A DNA stretch of 64,000 nucleotides from Sphyrna mokarran (lineage: Eukaryota). Each line of letters starts with the position of its first letter. Position 1 is the first letter of the stretch. The notes under the pieces were generated by a model that was not told where the DNA came from, made no database searches, and saw only the letters and a program-made list of their open reading frames with translations. Positions 36,985 to 50,429 of this stretch are shown here, in pieces. The position numbers and the translations under genes were made by a program. The DNA lies in assembly GCA_024679065.1 (NCBI GenBank), contig JAGIQG010000006.1, forward strand, positions 41,850,001 through 41,914,000, written 5' to 3'.

Positions 36985-37435
36985 GTCTAATAAAACAGAT
37001 TTTGACACCAAGCCATATAAGGAGATATCCAGTCATATGTCTAAAAGCTTGGGGAAAGAGATAGGTTTTAATGAGTGACTTAAACGAGGAAAAGAGGCAG
37101 AGGCACGGAGGGAATTCCAGTGCTTCGGGCTTAAACAGCTGGAGGCATGGCTACCAATGGTGGAGTGAATAAAATTGAGGAGGTCCAAGCGGGCAGAATT
37201 AGATGAGTGCAAGTATTTTGAAGGAGTTGGTGGAGGTTACAGAGGGGTTGGGGGGGGGGGGTGTGTAGAAGCAGTGAAGAAGGGCAGAGGCCACAAAGTG
37301 ATTTGAAAATTAAGATGAAAATTTTAAAAATCAACAAGTTGATTTGGTGTGAATTAGGATATGAATGGCAGAGCTTTGGATGACCTGAAGTCTTTGAAGG
37401 GTTGAATGTGGCAGGACAGCCAGAGTACATTGGAA
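36985..37435 (-). mobile_element. L2 LINE 3' region
   Basis: Minus ORF LLIFKIFILIFKSLCGLCPS resembles the L2 FKILxLxFKxLxGLAP motif. Confidence 0.75.
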
Positions 37436-37789
37436 GAGTTAATTTTGTTTTAAGCTTATGAAATAAATGCAGAAAGAATTGTATAAAAAGCTGTTATCTT
37501 TTTAAAACAAAAATCAATGAAAAATGTTGATTATTGTGAACAATTTGTATGTATTTTTATCTTTAAAAAAGTAATGCAGAAAAACTAACTACCCTTTAAA
37601 ATTTGTGTTTCAAATCCAAAACACAGAGGCTGAAAATTGACAATCCTACTGTGTCTGGCTTCTTTATTACTTCACTGTACTGATAGTTCCACATAATGAA
37701 AAAAATCCTGAATCTCTTCCAGTTTCTGATATTTTCTATTATATTTGATACCATTTCATCTTCTGAACCTTTAGGGACTGAATAATACA

Positions 37790-38305
37790 CTGGGACCTCA
37801 TTTCAAATCCAGCCAGTCTGATGGATGAACTCTTTGCTGCCTATTACTTGTAAGGGTTATATTACAAACCAGCTTGGATCCTTCCTCTGTGTGTTTTGGC
37901 CTCCACATCACAACTGGCAATAAACTGACAATTTATCTTTGAAGACTCAGGAAACCAGCTAGTGGAGGTGATGGGAAATGGGTACCATACACCAAGATGT
38001 TGGTTTTTTTAGGCACACTGGGGTGGAGGAGAGGTCTGTGTGGTGTTCCGGTTTCCTCCCACAATCCAAAGCTGTGCAGTTTATGTGGATTAGCCATGTT
38101 AAGTTGTCCCTTAGTGTCCAAAGTTGTGTAGATTAGGGACATCACGGCATAGGGTGGGCCTGGGTAAAATTGCTCTGTCAGAGAGTCGATGTAGACTCAA
38201 TTGTCTGAATGGCTTCCTTCTACACTGTAGGAATTCTATGATTCCAAGTGGACTCTGCTGAGGCAGGTTGGTGAGCCTGGGGACACTACAATCTGGGGGT
38301 GCTCT
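37790..38305 (+). mobile_element. LF-SINE-like relic interrupted by an HE1 fragment
   Basis: ttcaaatccagcca, ccacatcacaactggcaataaactgaca and gcaggttg colinear with the recalled LF-SINE consensus. Confidence 0.45.
38036..38244 (+). mobile_element. HE1 V-SINE, 5'-truncated
   Basis: ccggtttcctcccacaatccaaag...ctgtaggaattctatgattc. Confidence 0.9.
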
Positions 38306-39180
38306 TCAGTCTGCATAGTAAATTAAAGGGGCAAAAAACTACAGGGTCATTGGGTTAAAGGGAAACATGACCTGCAGGACTATTAATAGACTGCTGTACA
38401 TTCTTTCATCATTGTGGCCCCATTGTTGGATATAAAGCTTCTCACTCTGATGACCCCTGGCCTATTGCTCTAAGACTGCCTTTATTGAGCTGGTAGCTTC
38501 CATACACAGCTGGGATTCCTTCCAACATCGCTAAGATACTGGCATGATACAAAATGCCCCTACGTGTGCCCAATTGCACTCATTAGCTGCCTGTCTCCCA
38601 GGGGCAGGCTGATTCCCAATTTTCTATAGGGAAAGCCCTCTGGAAGTGAGAACATATCATGAAGCCTGTTTGACATGGCACCTCCCTTTTTCTCTGCAGC
38701 TGCCCTGCTTGGAATTATCTTCCTTTTCCTGGAAAAATCTAGCTTTTTTTGAAAAATTTGGCCTATACCCTAAGTATGTCACCTCAATGACTACAATTCA
38801 GAATCTGCTGAAAGACAAGTCTACACTTACTTGTCTATGCCTCATGCTCTTCTATTTCCCTCTTCAGTTGCTCGAGATTTCCGTCTTCAACTTCAATGAG
38901 CAATGTGCAACATGACTAGGAAAAAGAATACACAAGGTGGTTTCCCATTGCCTTTCTCATGTGTACAATATAATTCATCCAGCAGATAAAACTAGCAGTA
39001 AGGTATGTGATTGAGAGATAACTTTCTGTTGAGGTGATGTAATAATCACAATGTACCCATCAATGTAATCACCCCAAATTCTGAATCTTCCAAGGGATGG
39101 TAATATTTTGTGCATTGCTGCCATGTATAAGCATTTTTTGTATCTAATGCTGCTGCGCATTTCTTCCAGACTTTAAAAAG

Positions 39181-39866
39181 TGTACATCAATGGGGACAAA
39201 GTAGAAAGGGTCGAGAGCTTCAAGTTTTTAGGCGTCCAGATCACCAATAACCTGTTTTTGTCCCCTCATGCCAACACTGTCATTAAGCCCACTAATGCCT
39301 ACACTTTCTCAGAAGACTAAGGAAATTTTGGAATGTCAGCCACGACACTCATCAACTTTTACAGATGCGCCATAGAAAGCATTCTTTCTAGTTGTATCAT
39401 AGCTTGGTATGGCTCCTGCTCTGTCCAAGATCACAAGAAACTACAAAAGGTAGTGAATGTAGCCCAATCCATCATGCAAACCAGCCTCCCATCCATTGAA
39501 TATGTTACACTTCCCACTGCCTCGATAAAGCAATCAGCATAATTAAAGACCCTATGCACCCTGGACGTTCTCTCTTTCATCTTTTTCCATCAGGAAAAAG
39601 ATACAAAAGTCTCAAGTAACATATCAGCTGACTCAAGAATAGCTTCTTCCCTGCTGCTGCTGTCAGACTTTTGAATATACTTACCTTGCATTAAGTTGAT
39701 CTTTCTTTACGGCCTAGCTATGACTATAACACTACATTCTGCACTCTCTCGTTTCCTTCTCTATGAACAATATGCTTTGTCTATATAAAAGCACAAGAAA
39801 CAGCACTTTTCACTGTATGTTAATACATTTGACAATAACAAATCAAATAAAATAAAATAAAATCAA
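39181..39866 (+). mobile_element. Rex1/Babar LINE 3' part
   Basis: FYRCAIESILSSCIIAWYGSC; VERVESFKFLGV; AAATC/AAATA tail. Confidence 0.92.
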
Positions 39867-40397
39867 AGAAAACACAGCACAGCATTCCCTGATGAACTTA
39901 ATTAGGGAGAAATACATCTGGGGAAAAGTAGAACACAACCCCCTTTCTGGCACTCAGTGCTGCATGCTGTCTGTTAAGCTTAAAGGTCGAGGTTTTTAAT
40001 GACCTTTGAAGGCCAATTCAAGTGAATGGATGAGTGAATGAGTGAGTGGGTAAAAGGAAGAGTAAGTGAATTGGCAGATAGCTATGTGGAGAATGAGTGA
40101 AGTCGATATATAGGTGGGTGGGTGGTTAAATGGATACATGGTGAGTTCGATATGTGGAAGAATGGAGGGGTTAGTTGGGTAAGGCCAGAGGGTGTAGTCA
40201 GTTAGTCAGGGAGTGGTTAGGGTGCAGTTGGATCAGAAGGATAGTCAGACGTAGCCATGGAAGGTAATTTCATGGCTGAGGAGTGGTCAGCTCAGATCAG
40301 AATTCAGAGGTGGTCAAAGCTGGGAGAGTCAGATTGTGAGGTGAGTCAGGTGGATGGATTAGAAGAATTGGAGGTGTTGATCAGGTCAGAAGCTGGC

Positions 40398-41217
40398 TGT
40401 GATGATACTGTACATTTAAAAAATGTATTTTAGCCATGTTCCTGTATTGAAAGTATTAATTAATCCCTTCCATTTTATTGGGACCAATCTGTCTGTATTC
40501 AGCAGCACTGTGGTTACTGAGCAACATAATTGATCTTAATTGATGCAGTATTTGGTTTGATCTCAATTAATGTAGTGTTCTGTGGTTTTGTGGTTTCCCT
40601 TGGGATAGTGCAGAGGGGAACTTGATTAGGTTGATTGACAGGTAAGATCATATGATTGGGTACAGCTAGGATTTCATAGGGAACTCAAGACAGTCTGTAT
40701 TTGGGATTTTTAAAGATAGGTTGCTATCTCTTACTCTGTCTGAAGTGGAGATTGGAATCTGCCAAGAAATAAAACTTCCTCTCTGAGATTCTACTGTTTG
40801 GGGTGGTGTTTTCTCTGCAAGTTGCTGCATGAGAATTAGAAGACAGGTGTTTGTCTGAATCACTCTCCAGAAGAATCAAAAGGCTGGAAATCTAGGACTT
40901 GAACAAACATCTTTGGTTTCTGTGCTAACTAGTTCTAAAGAAGCAATTCATGTCCATGTGAGGATACTGCTAAAAATAGAGATAGCTACTTGTTGAGAAT
41001 TATATTTTAATTTGTAAAAGGTATTTTAATTATTTTTGTGATATTCTAACTGTGTTCTTAAATAAAACTTATTTTGATAAAAGCTTTCTAGTGGGTTGTG
41101 GAATCATAGCTGGAATGAAACATCTTATACTCACCCTAATGCCAAAACCAAATCTAAAAGTTAGAGTCGAGGCTACCTTCACAAAATACGTTGGAGTTCC
41201 TAATCTTGTCCTTAACA
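40398..41217 (+). mobile_element. Probable solo LTR
   Basis: TGTGATGA...CTTAACA, AATAAA at 41061, interrupts a G-rich tract (40020-40397 and 41218-41450); TSD not evident. Confidence 0.45.
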
Positions 41218-42083
41218 AGGTTTAGTTGGATTAGATCAGTGGACTGTCAGATGTCAGGTAATTATCATCTTGGGTTGGGGATAGTTGTATTGCTGGTGGT
41301 AATAATGCCGGAGTGGGGGGGGGGGGGGGGGGGCGCAATCAGGGGTAGCTGGATTGAGTCAGGATATAGTCAAATATCATGTAGTAGTTGAGTTGGATCA
41401 GGGGTAGTGAATAGTCAAGGGGGGTAGTCAGCCCCATTGTTCATCAGGTGTTAGTTTGTCTAACATTCCCTGGGTGACCAGATAAATACCTCAGAACTAT
41501 ACCAAGTCATTTATGCAGAGCCCCAGGGAGCAGAGAAAGTTTAAACTTCCCAGGCAATTCCCACATTGATCCACATGTCAGGACTTCCCACAACAATCTG
41601 GGATGCAGAAGATTTGACAGGATGTTTACTACTGAAAATCATTTACAGCTCGATTAATCTAAATTGGATACTGATTAACAATTACACCAACAAAAACTCC
41701 TTTTCCACTTCATTTATGATTTCATATATGATAGGAACAGAGCTTATGAATTTGATGTGGAATTTTGCATTTAGTAAGTACAATAGTGTTAATCATTGGA
41801 AAATTTATGGATAATCCAATTCCAAATATACTTTCCTGACATCCTATGTTCCATGTCAAGACTGGCAAATTTATAACAATTCCCTTTCAATAGGCAGCAA
41901 AGTTACAAGTTGCCCAAATATTCCAGCCATTACGATTTAGTAATCAGAGCCAAGGAGTGATATCATGGTCCTTGATGCTTTTCCAGTTTTCAGGCCTCTT
42001 GTTTCTGATCCTCCATCCTACCCACCCCACCTCCCTTAACCCACCCCTTTACATACTTCAGGTGCTTAGACATTAGCACCTTA

Positions 42084-42288
42084 GGATGGCATTTTCCCAG
42101 CCTATCCAAGGGCCTTTTTTCTGGCAGTGGAGGTAGCTCATCATTGACTGGTGGCAGGATCTTCCGGTTCTGCCAATGTCTATGGTGTTTTCCAAGGCTT
42201 GCCTGTCCTCTGCTATGGAACATGGGGAGTCCTGCCTTTAGCAGGACCGGTAGAACATGCTGGCAGGAAGGGTGGGAAAATCCCACCC
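42084..42288. mobile_element. Harbinger-like MITE
   Basis: TIRs ggatggcattttcccagcc and gggtgggaaaatcccaccc; preceded by TTA. Confidence 0.7.
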
Positions 42289-42759
42289 ATAACCTCAGTC
42301 AGGCAAACTTTTTTTTATATAAGGTTAGCAAAACCACTTGTCTCATGTTCTCTATTTACAAAGCCTATTGAAAGCTCAGGTTTCAATCTGGCACACTTTA
42401 CACCACAGCTTTGTCAGACATGAACCTAGTCATTCCTATTATACTATCAGTTCTGCAACATCCAGGCAGCAGAAAGGCTTGAGCTTCACAAGTACCATGA
42501 ATAAGAATCCCATCTACAAATGAAAATATTTTGAACTAATGGAGGCATATTCGATTGGCGCATAATTCCTGGTTTCACTTCCAATTTTACAAATGGAAAA
42601 ACCTTCCAATAAATCAGCACCAACTAATTCACTTGCAACAATGGCCTATTTCTATCTACACAAGTGGTCTTTGTTCACATAAAAATTACATATTGCGTTG
42701 AATGATGAATATTTTCTCATTTTAAATTGAATGCCCAGCAATGGAGCAGATAATAGGAG

Positions 42760-43100
42760 GACAAAGTGCTGACGATGCTAGAAGTCTGAAATATAAACTG
42801 AAAATGCTGGAAACACTCAGATAGTATCTGTGGAGAAAGAAAGAGAGCCTCCCAGTTGTGTTTCTCATGGGATTTCCCATAAATTCCACCTCATACAACC
42901 AGGAAACCCTTGGTGGGGTTACCACACCCACGGAAGCAGAAGATTCCATCAGCGTCAACAGCAGGAAAATTCTGGCTGATGTTTCAAAACTGCAATCTGC
43001 ACTAGCTATAATGAAGGGATCATTGGTATCTGTTTCTTGCTGTACAGATGCTACTGTATGTTCTGAGTAATTGCAACACTTCCAGTTTCTATTATTATTA
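42760..43100. mobile_element. Inverted Penelope tail structure interrupted by a MITE (about 42848-42978)
   Basis: Reverse tail gaaaatgctggaaacactcag...atctgtggagaaag; forward tail acagatgctactg. Confidence 0.55.
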
Positions 43101-43189
43101 AAAAAAACCCTTTGTCAGCCCTCCAAAAGGGAATCAGGCTTCTTATGTGCTTCTTACTCTTCCTCAGCAAGAAACCCAACAGCAGCCTT

Positions 43190-43535
43190 TTTTTGACTTG
43201 TTCATTCATGGGACATGGGTGTTACTGGCAGGTCAGTATTTATTGTCCACCCATAACTGCCCTTGTTCGGAGGATAGCTGAGAGCCAAGTACAGTGCTGT
43301 GGCTGTGTAAGGATGGCAGATTCATTCCCTAAAGGACACTAGTGAACTCAAATGGGTTCTTCCAAAAAATTGACAATGGTTTCATAATCATCAGTAGATT
43401 CTTAGTTCTAGATATTTTTTATTGAATTCACATTCCATCATCTGTCATAGTGGGATTTGAACCCAGGTTCCCAGACATTAGCTGAATTACTGGATTAATA
43501 ATCTAACGATAATACCACTAGACCATCATCTCCCG
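43190..43535 (-). mobile_element. tRNA/CR1-tail SINE
   Basis: ttcattcatgggacatggg tail; gggatttgaacc B-box; ataccactagaccatc head. Confidence 0.85.
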
Positions 43536-46009
43536 TAGGAGCTGCCTGAGGTCTAATTTGGCACAACATTAAACATTAAAAGCAAGGTTGAAATGCTAAG
43601 AAAACATACACATCTTGTTGAGCTAAGAACAGTCAACGACAAAGCAATACATTTATAACTTAAACAATGATTAATGAATAAAAATGACAATTAAAAAGTG
43701 CCAAGCCACAGACTAAATAATAAAACCCCTTTTATCTTTTTATTTAAGAAGCAGAGCTAATGAGACAGACATGGCTCCAAGTCCTGATTACGACAGAATG
43801 GGAAGGGAACCAGAGCTGAGTTAAAGAGTTGGGGTTTATTAACAGCAATCTTGCATTCACAGACTCCAAGCTGGCCTTGATGGATTAGCTGTCTTACCCA
43901 GTGGTACCCAAACCACCACCTGTTCCTATGGAAACCGACCAGCTACACAGAGCCAGGAGAAGGAGAAGCAGAGTTTAAAATCAAAATAGCTGTGACCCAA
44001 GAGTCAGATCCAGTGTGAATTATGGGTTTGAAATAGAGTAGTTGAGCCCAAAGAGGAATCCATTTGCCCAGGCATTACAGTGGAAATAGGTGGGGATGGG
44101 AGTGTGGATCACAGGAGTGTGAGGGGATCTTGCTTCAAATCTCCTCGTTCAATGATGCAAGTGAAATTAGTTTCACCCATCTTAAAGCAAACTCTTGAAG
44201 AACACTCCGCTGGAGGCTGGAAAATCCTGTCCTCTTTTTTTCTCCACGGATACTACCCGAGTGTTTCCAACATTTTCCGACTTACTTGCACTCCAGCCAG
44301 GCTTGAAGGTTGAGCAGCACTCTACAGCAACAAGGCCCAAACAGAAATCCACAAGGCAAGTAAGGAAGGAACCTGACATGTCCCACTACTTGACCAATGA
44401 TTACTGATTTTCAGAATAGCAGCAATTATTGGTTGAACTGCCTGTCAGTTCGGAAGGTCTTCATGCCATATAGGCTGCCTTTGGACACTGACCATTGACA
44501 AGCTATTTAGCTAATGAGCCTGAGTCCCCTTAGAGACATAGGCTCCAGTGATGAAGACCATCTGCACTCCATTTCCTGGTCCTGTTATTTTGCAGAATGC
44601 GCTTCATCATTTCATTATTTTAAAGTTAATAATTAAGAATGTAAGAAAGCAATTAGCAGAAAAAGCATTCAGGCTATTAAGTCTATTGTTCTTCTAGACT
44701 ATATACAATCTGCTTCATCACAGATTTCTATTCAATCTTCCTGAATAAAGGCTTGGTACCAATTTTCTTTATTCACCCAAAGATAAATCAAGCAAAACTT
44801 CAGATTATGTTGTCCTTGATTAATTATTCACCCATGGCCATCTGTCTTCCTTGATGTGTCATTTCTAAGACTCCATCAGATTTTTTCTATCTGTGTAATA
44901 TTTTTCCTTGGAGTGAAATAACTCCTGGATGATAGAATATTAAGATTGGATTTCTTTTGCATTTTTAATAATCTTTCTCTTCACAAAATAACTTAAGTTT
45001 CATGAAGTCCCTGCAGGGTTAGACACATAGAATAAAGGTTCACCAGCGTTGTCAACATTAGGGAAAAATGCAGACCATAAGATGGGCAGAATCTTGTGGA
45101 GATGATAGGTGTCTTGGTCCTTGATTGGACAGCTGGTGAGACCACTGAGTTGTCTTGTTTTGAAAAGTCCCATCACATCTTGGGCTAATTAATTAAATAA
45201 GAGACAACTGGTGGGTCTTCATCTGGGATCAAAGATCCCCAAAGGGTAGTCCTTCACATTGAGAGTTGCAGGCCAGTACAGTTCTCTGTACTCAGCAGTG
45301 CTGGTGGCTGTGGCTGGCACTATATCTGACCAAGTTCTCGAATCAAGGAGAGACGCAGGCACAATTGATTGACACATGCGAGGATTGCAGGTTGGATATC
45401 ACACAGAAGGGGGGGGTGAAAAGGGAGTTGAACAATAAAAACAGGGGATGGAATTTAGCCCCCCCTCTTCCCCCAACTCAACTATCCCAGTATTGAATTT
45501 TTGAATGAGAAACACAACCACCCTTCTTTGTTAACATCTCCCCCTCCACCCCCACCCCAGCCCGCCCTTCCTTAGAAGGCAATAAGCAAACATGCTAAGG
45601 GACCCAGGTTCGTTAACCAAGTAGCCTGTCAATGGTCAGTGTCCAAAGCAGCCTACCTGGCATGAAGGCATCCTGATGGTTTATATACTAGCATAACAAG
45701 CCCTTAAGTGAACATTAATTGCCTATTTAAAAACTTCAATGGGCAGGGGAGTGGGAAGTCTTCCCGCTACTTATTTAATCAGGATAGAGGTGAGAAGGTA
45801 GCAGGGAACCCCTCACCGCTCTTCTGCTTGATTCAATGCCCATTCCATCATATTCAGCATGAATTCACTTGATTCCATCAATATCTAAGTAGATTTAAGA
45901 ATATTTTGTCAGATTCCTTTGAGTAAGAAGACATCTGAAGTTCCAGAAATATGATGGCGGGATTTGTCAGTGAGGAATTGGAAGTAGAAAAAAGGCGACA
46001 GAAAGATTG

Positions 46010-46511
46010 CGGATTGAATTCTACCAGCCCGTTGGGATTACTGGGCAGGTGAATAGGCTGCAAAATAGCCTGGTAAAGTTAAGACTGGCGTGTCCTGACA
46101 TTTTCTTGCTCTCGTATCAGTTTGCCAGAAGCCAGTGGCAGATTGGTCACATACCTTGAGTTCATCGGTACCATCAAAGTGGCCAGCTAATGATCTCTTC
46201 TTACCTGAGTAGGCACTCTGCCTGCATCAGGCTCACCTACTGCTTCTGAGAGAGACCACCAAGTAAATCCTGGCTTTGTCCTACTGGGGTCTACGGAGGA
46301 AGTCCTTTCTGAACACTGCATTGCCCAGGAAGGAGGAACCTCCAGGCAGCGACAACTATCTGTTTGCAAATTCCACAGCCTGTTGTGCCGAGTTCCAGCA
46401 TTGCTCATTTATCTGTCTCCAACAATCTGTGATGAAGAATGCACCCTTATCCTCTAGGTGCAGCTCCAGCTATGGTCACTTAATTTCAGCTGCCTGGCAA
46501 AATCTTGCCCC
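46010..46511. mobile_element. Harbinger-like MITE
   Basis: ggattgaattctaccagc ... ctggcaaaatcttgccc. Confidence 0.5.
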
Positions 46512-46579
46512 AGTTTCAGCCCTGGCAGCAGGACTTGGAGAAAAACATTCTTGAGTATAGCAATGCTGCAGGTTTAAGT

Positions 46580-48640
46580 AAAAGATCAGAAGCAGAACAA
46601 ATTAGCACATTACTTTACTCCATTGGGCTATTTGCAGACAATAACATCACCAGACAAGCTATAGATGAGTCAGCTTGCTAAATGTGATGACGTTTTAAAA
46701 TCTTTTGACCTTTTCTTCAAGCTGAGAACAAGATTTTGGAATGTGTCAAATTTAACAGGAGAGTCCAACTTTGGGATCTTATTGACTGCTTCTTTACCAC
46801 ATGGCAGAAACATGTGCATGCACTGATCTGAAATCTAAATCATTCGAGACAGAAACATATTAGGTGTTACAAACGATTTACTCTCTGATCTTCTCCAAGC
46901 CAAAGATGACCTTACTCTTGACAAGGTTGTCTGCTAGCTAGGCTGTCTGAACCATGAGACCAACACAGAAACATAGAAAATAGGCGCAGGAGTAGGCCAT
47001 TTGGCCTTTTGAACCTGCACCACCATTCAATATGATCATAGCTGATCATGCGCATTTAGTATCTCACTCCCACTTTCTCGCTATATCCCTTGACCCTTTA
47101 TCATAAGGGCCACATCCAGCTCCCTCTTGAACACATCTAACAAACTGGCCCCAGAAACTTTCTGTGCTAGCGGTTCACAGCTCTCTGAGTGAAGAAGTTC
47201 TTCCTCATTTCAGTCCTGAATGGCCCGCCTATTGTTTTAAGACTGTGACTCCTGGTTATGGACTTCCCTAATTTTGGGAACATTCTTCTGGCATCTAACC
47301 TGTCCAGTCGACAGGACATTGTCAGAGAGGAAGGTCCTTCATTGAAAGAAGCCACACGTTGGTCCACCACACTAATCCATACAAGTGCAGGAACCATCCA
47401 AGCCATGGCAAGACAGTCCCACATCCCTTGACCAAATAACTGTGGCAGTGCTGTGTTGTGATGCACCGTCACAGGAGGATCAATGTCCTGTGAGTGCTGT
47501 CAAATACTTTCACTGTCCCAACCAGGGATATTTTCAGTCAGACCTGTCAGTCATGACCTTAGCAAACATCTAAGAGCCACCCATGAAGTCAAAGCCACTG
47601 ATCCAGAAAATACATGGACTGTCTACCTGGATGATTTCAGAAGATGCAACACTTCCTTTGGAACACAGATATCTCAGTGAATGGCCATCTGACTAAACTT
47701 AACTTAGATTTCAGCACCAGGATGACAGTCCTTTCAGATGAGAAACTGTCTCTCCAAGGCCATCAGATCCAAATGACAGCCCCCTCATTCTATGATGCAG
47801 GAGGATTCTAACTCATCGTCACTGGTATGATTCAAGAGCTATTGAGTATGGTGACATATAGATTATGGAGTTGATGTGTGTTGTTGAAATCAACCCTTTT
47901 CGTTCCTCAGCAGCGATGCCTGCTTAACTCTCAATCTCTTTCAACCAGCAGAAGATATAAAGAAGACATACGTACCCCATCATGAAAGACATTCTCCCAA
48001 AGGCTTAACTTCGACATGATTCAAATGGTAACTCTATTTGTAATCTCTTTGTTCATGGAGCATGTCAAGAGCAAGGTAAACTCATCATGTGGGACATTAC
48101 CACAGCATCCCACCGTGGAGGTAATGACAGATCTCGAACTACCTCCAGAGAAGCCTCTGCCTCCACAGGTACAGATGATAGATACAACTCCAACAATTGC
48201 CAAGTAGTGTACTGAAACCACAGCATTAGCTGGAACCAGGTGGCAGCCTCACACAAACACAAAGGTGAACTATCTTTCTACTCCTCTTCCATCCAAACGA
48301 CTGCCTTCCTTGGCTGCAGAAAGCTTCTAGATGTCAAAAAAAGGAAGAAGAAATGCCACCAACAACTTGAAGAGCACTGCTTTTGTTCACCAAGAGAAAA
48401 AGATCCCCACTTATTTCAACAAAACATTGCCAGATTAACTAGGCAGAGTGCAGCATCCATCAATCGGGCAAATGCTTGAAGCCATGCCTACACCCAGGAA
48501 CAACCTTCAAACCACCACCAAAATAAAGCATCTCTAGAGGCCACCACTCTTCCATTTGGAATACAAATGAGATATGGCAGGTATACAAGGCATCCAAATA
48601 ACCTGAAAATCCAATTTCAAAGAGAAGCTGGGATATTAAG
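46580..48640 (+). mobile_element. Degenerate, internally deleted Gypsy retrotransposon (gag, protease, pol C-terminus)
   Basis: IIRDRNILGV...LQAKDDLTLDKV at about 46839-46932; decayed CCHC (CPVSAVKYFHCPNQGYF); NGHLTKLNLD..MTVLS protease-like; RYGRYTRHP near end. Confidence 0.75.
46969..47310 (-). mobile_element. CR1 LINE 3' end nested in Gypsy gag
   Basis: RTEMRKNFFTQR; same subfamily as 5621; short TSD ACAG. Confidence 0.92.
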
Positions 48641-48645
48641 AACAT

Positions 48646-49319
48646 TGTTAATGCATAACATTATTCATGAAGTACTTTACAGTTAGAATAGCACATGGTT
48701 GCTACACTGAAGTTAAGTTTATAAGACTTAAAATGAGGTAAGACTTGGAGCAAATTGTATGTAAACTAATGTCAGTTTATATCCAGGAGTAAAGATGTGA
48801 GAGGAGAATGAGTAGAAGGATTTGGTACGTAATGGTTTAACATGAGACTAAGAACAGTACTGTCTACACCGTGATATAAGAAGGCACATAGTTTAGAACT
48901 AAGGGAGCCTAGAGATAGGCAGCAACTCAAAAAGATCAAATATGCGGTCCTTGCCATACTTTTAGCTTCTACTTGAAGTAAGTGGAGATTCTTTTCTCTT
49001 GGTGGACAAAAGCAGTGTTTGTCAAGTTCTTGGTGGTGTTTCTTCTTTTTCTGCCATTTCTGGTGTCTAGAAGCTCTCTGCAATCAAGGAGAGTAGTCAT
49101 TTGGATGGAAGAGTACTGCCTGCATGGTGATGTAAGATGATACATGGTTTAGAACTAAGGGAGTTTAGAGATGGGCAGCAATTCTAAAGGATCAAGTATG
49201 GGATCCTTGCCATACATTTGGCCTCTACAGTAAATATGTAAATAGTTTAGTTTTATTCATAAACATTCTTTAAAAGTTCAACAAGACTGCTTCATGGCAT
49301 TCAAGCAGTATACATCACA
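48646..49319 (+). mobile_element. Gypsy 3' LTR (rearranged)
   Basis: TGTTAATG...CATCACA downstream of the pol end and purine-rich agagaagctggga. Confidence 0.6.
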
Positions 49320-50429
49320 GGTAACAATAACATAACAGATCAACATTAAGATATGAGTGTTACTTTCATTGTAGCTACTGCAGAGCTGCAAAAACTTGAG
49401 TGGCTGGAAGACAAAATTTCCTGAGCCTGCTAGCAGTCCAAGGGTTAATATAATACCTCACAGGGTGTTTTGGTAATGGTAATTAAAATAAATAGTTTCC
49501 TTTTGTAATTATTATCATCCTTTGCCTCTTCCTCAGTTGTACTACATGATATTTTATTGTCTTAATTTATTATTACCCATTATTCACTTTCTTGTTTTGA
49601 CTCAGAAGAGAAAGCGTCTATTTTTGAAATGTGTTTCTTACTGATTAAATTCATTTACATAAATCCAACTGGGATGTTGTCACCCACTGTGATACAGAAT
49701 ACATAACAGAAAGATGAAGATTAGAATGAGGATAAAATTTCAATAACATCCTGCTTCAAGGACCCTCCTTGACTCAAAGGCATTTTCATAAGCAACTGAA
49801 ATATCCCACAAAACAACGGAGCTAAGGTTATTTACCTACAATATCTACGTGACCCTAAAAATGATTTCATCTCTACAGAATACCTGAACTCATCTGTCTT
49901 GTCTTTGAGATGACCTATCATCTAATTGGTTACTACATAATTTTAAGCTGCAAGGCAGAAATTGCTGTGTAAAGCATAGAGAAGACAGAAGGCTTTCAAT
50001 TTTGAATGCACAATCTTATTTATGCAACTAATTTCTTTGCCCTTAAGTACCATGACACTGTTACACAATTTTACAAGACTGAATTTCGACAGCATTCATC
50101 AGAACTACTTTCAGTTTCACTGTCAGTCCCGCAAATTGCCTTGGAATTACAGGAAGATGTAATGTAAAAGTCAATCATGTATCAAGAAATTAGCTGTGGC
50201 AGCAAATGACGCTTGGATTCACTTCAGATTCTTAGGGCAAAATAAGTTAATTAGTTGTTTAGCATGAACTTCTGTATCTGAAGCAAATAACGTCTTTGTT
50301 TTTTTTCTTGTCAGTCTTATCAAATCACATGGGCTAAGAAATTCATTAGGATAGCAAAACCTTCTATTGTTGAATGCAGCTGCTGTAGAGAGTGTTGAGG
50401 TATTTCCCGCTTGTCAATAGCAATAAGCA

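Noticed and set aside
43780-43990. LTR-like fragment
   Set aside because: No paired termini or TSD; too weak to call
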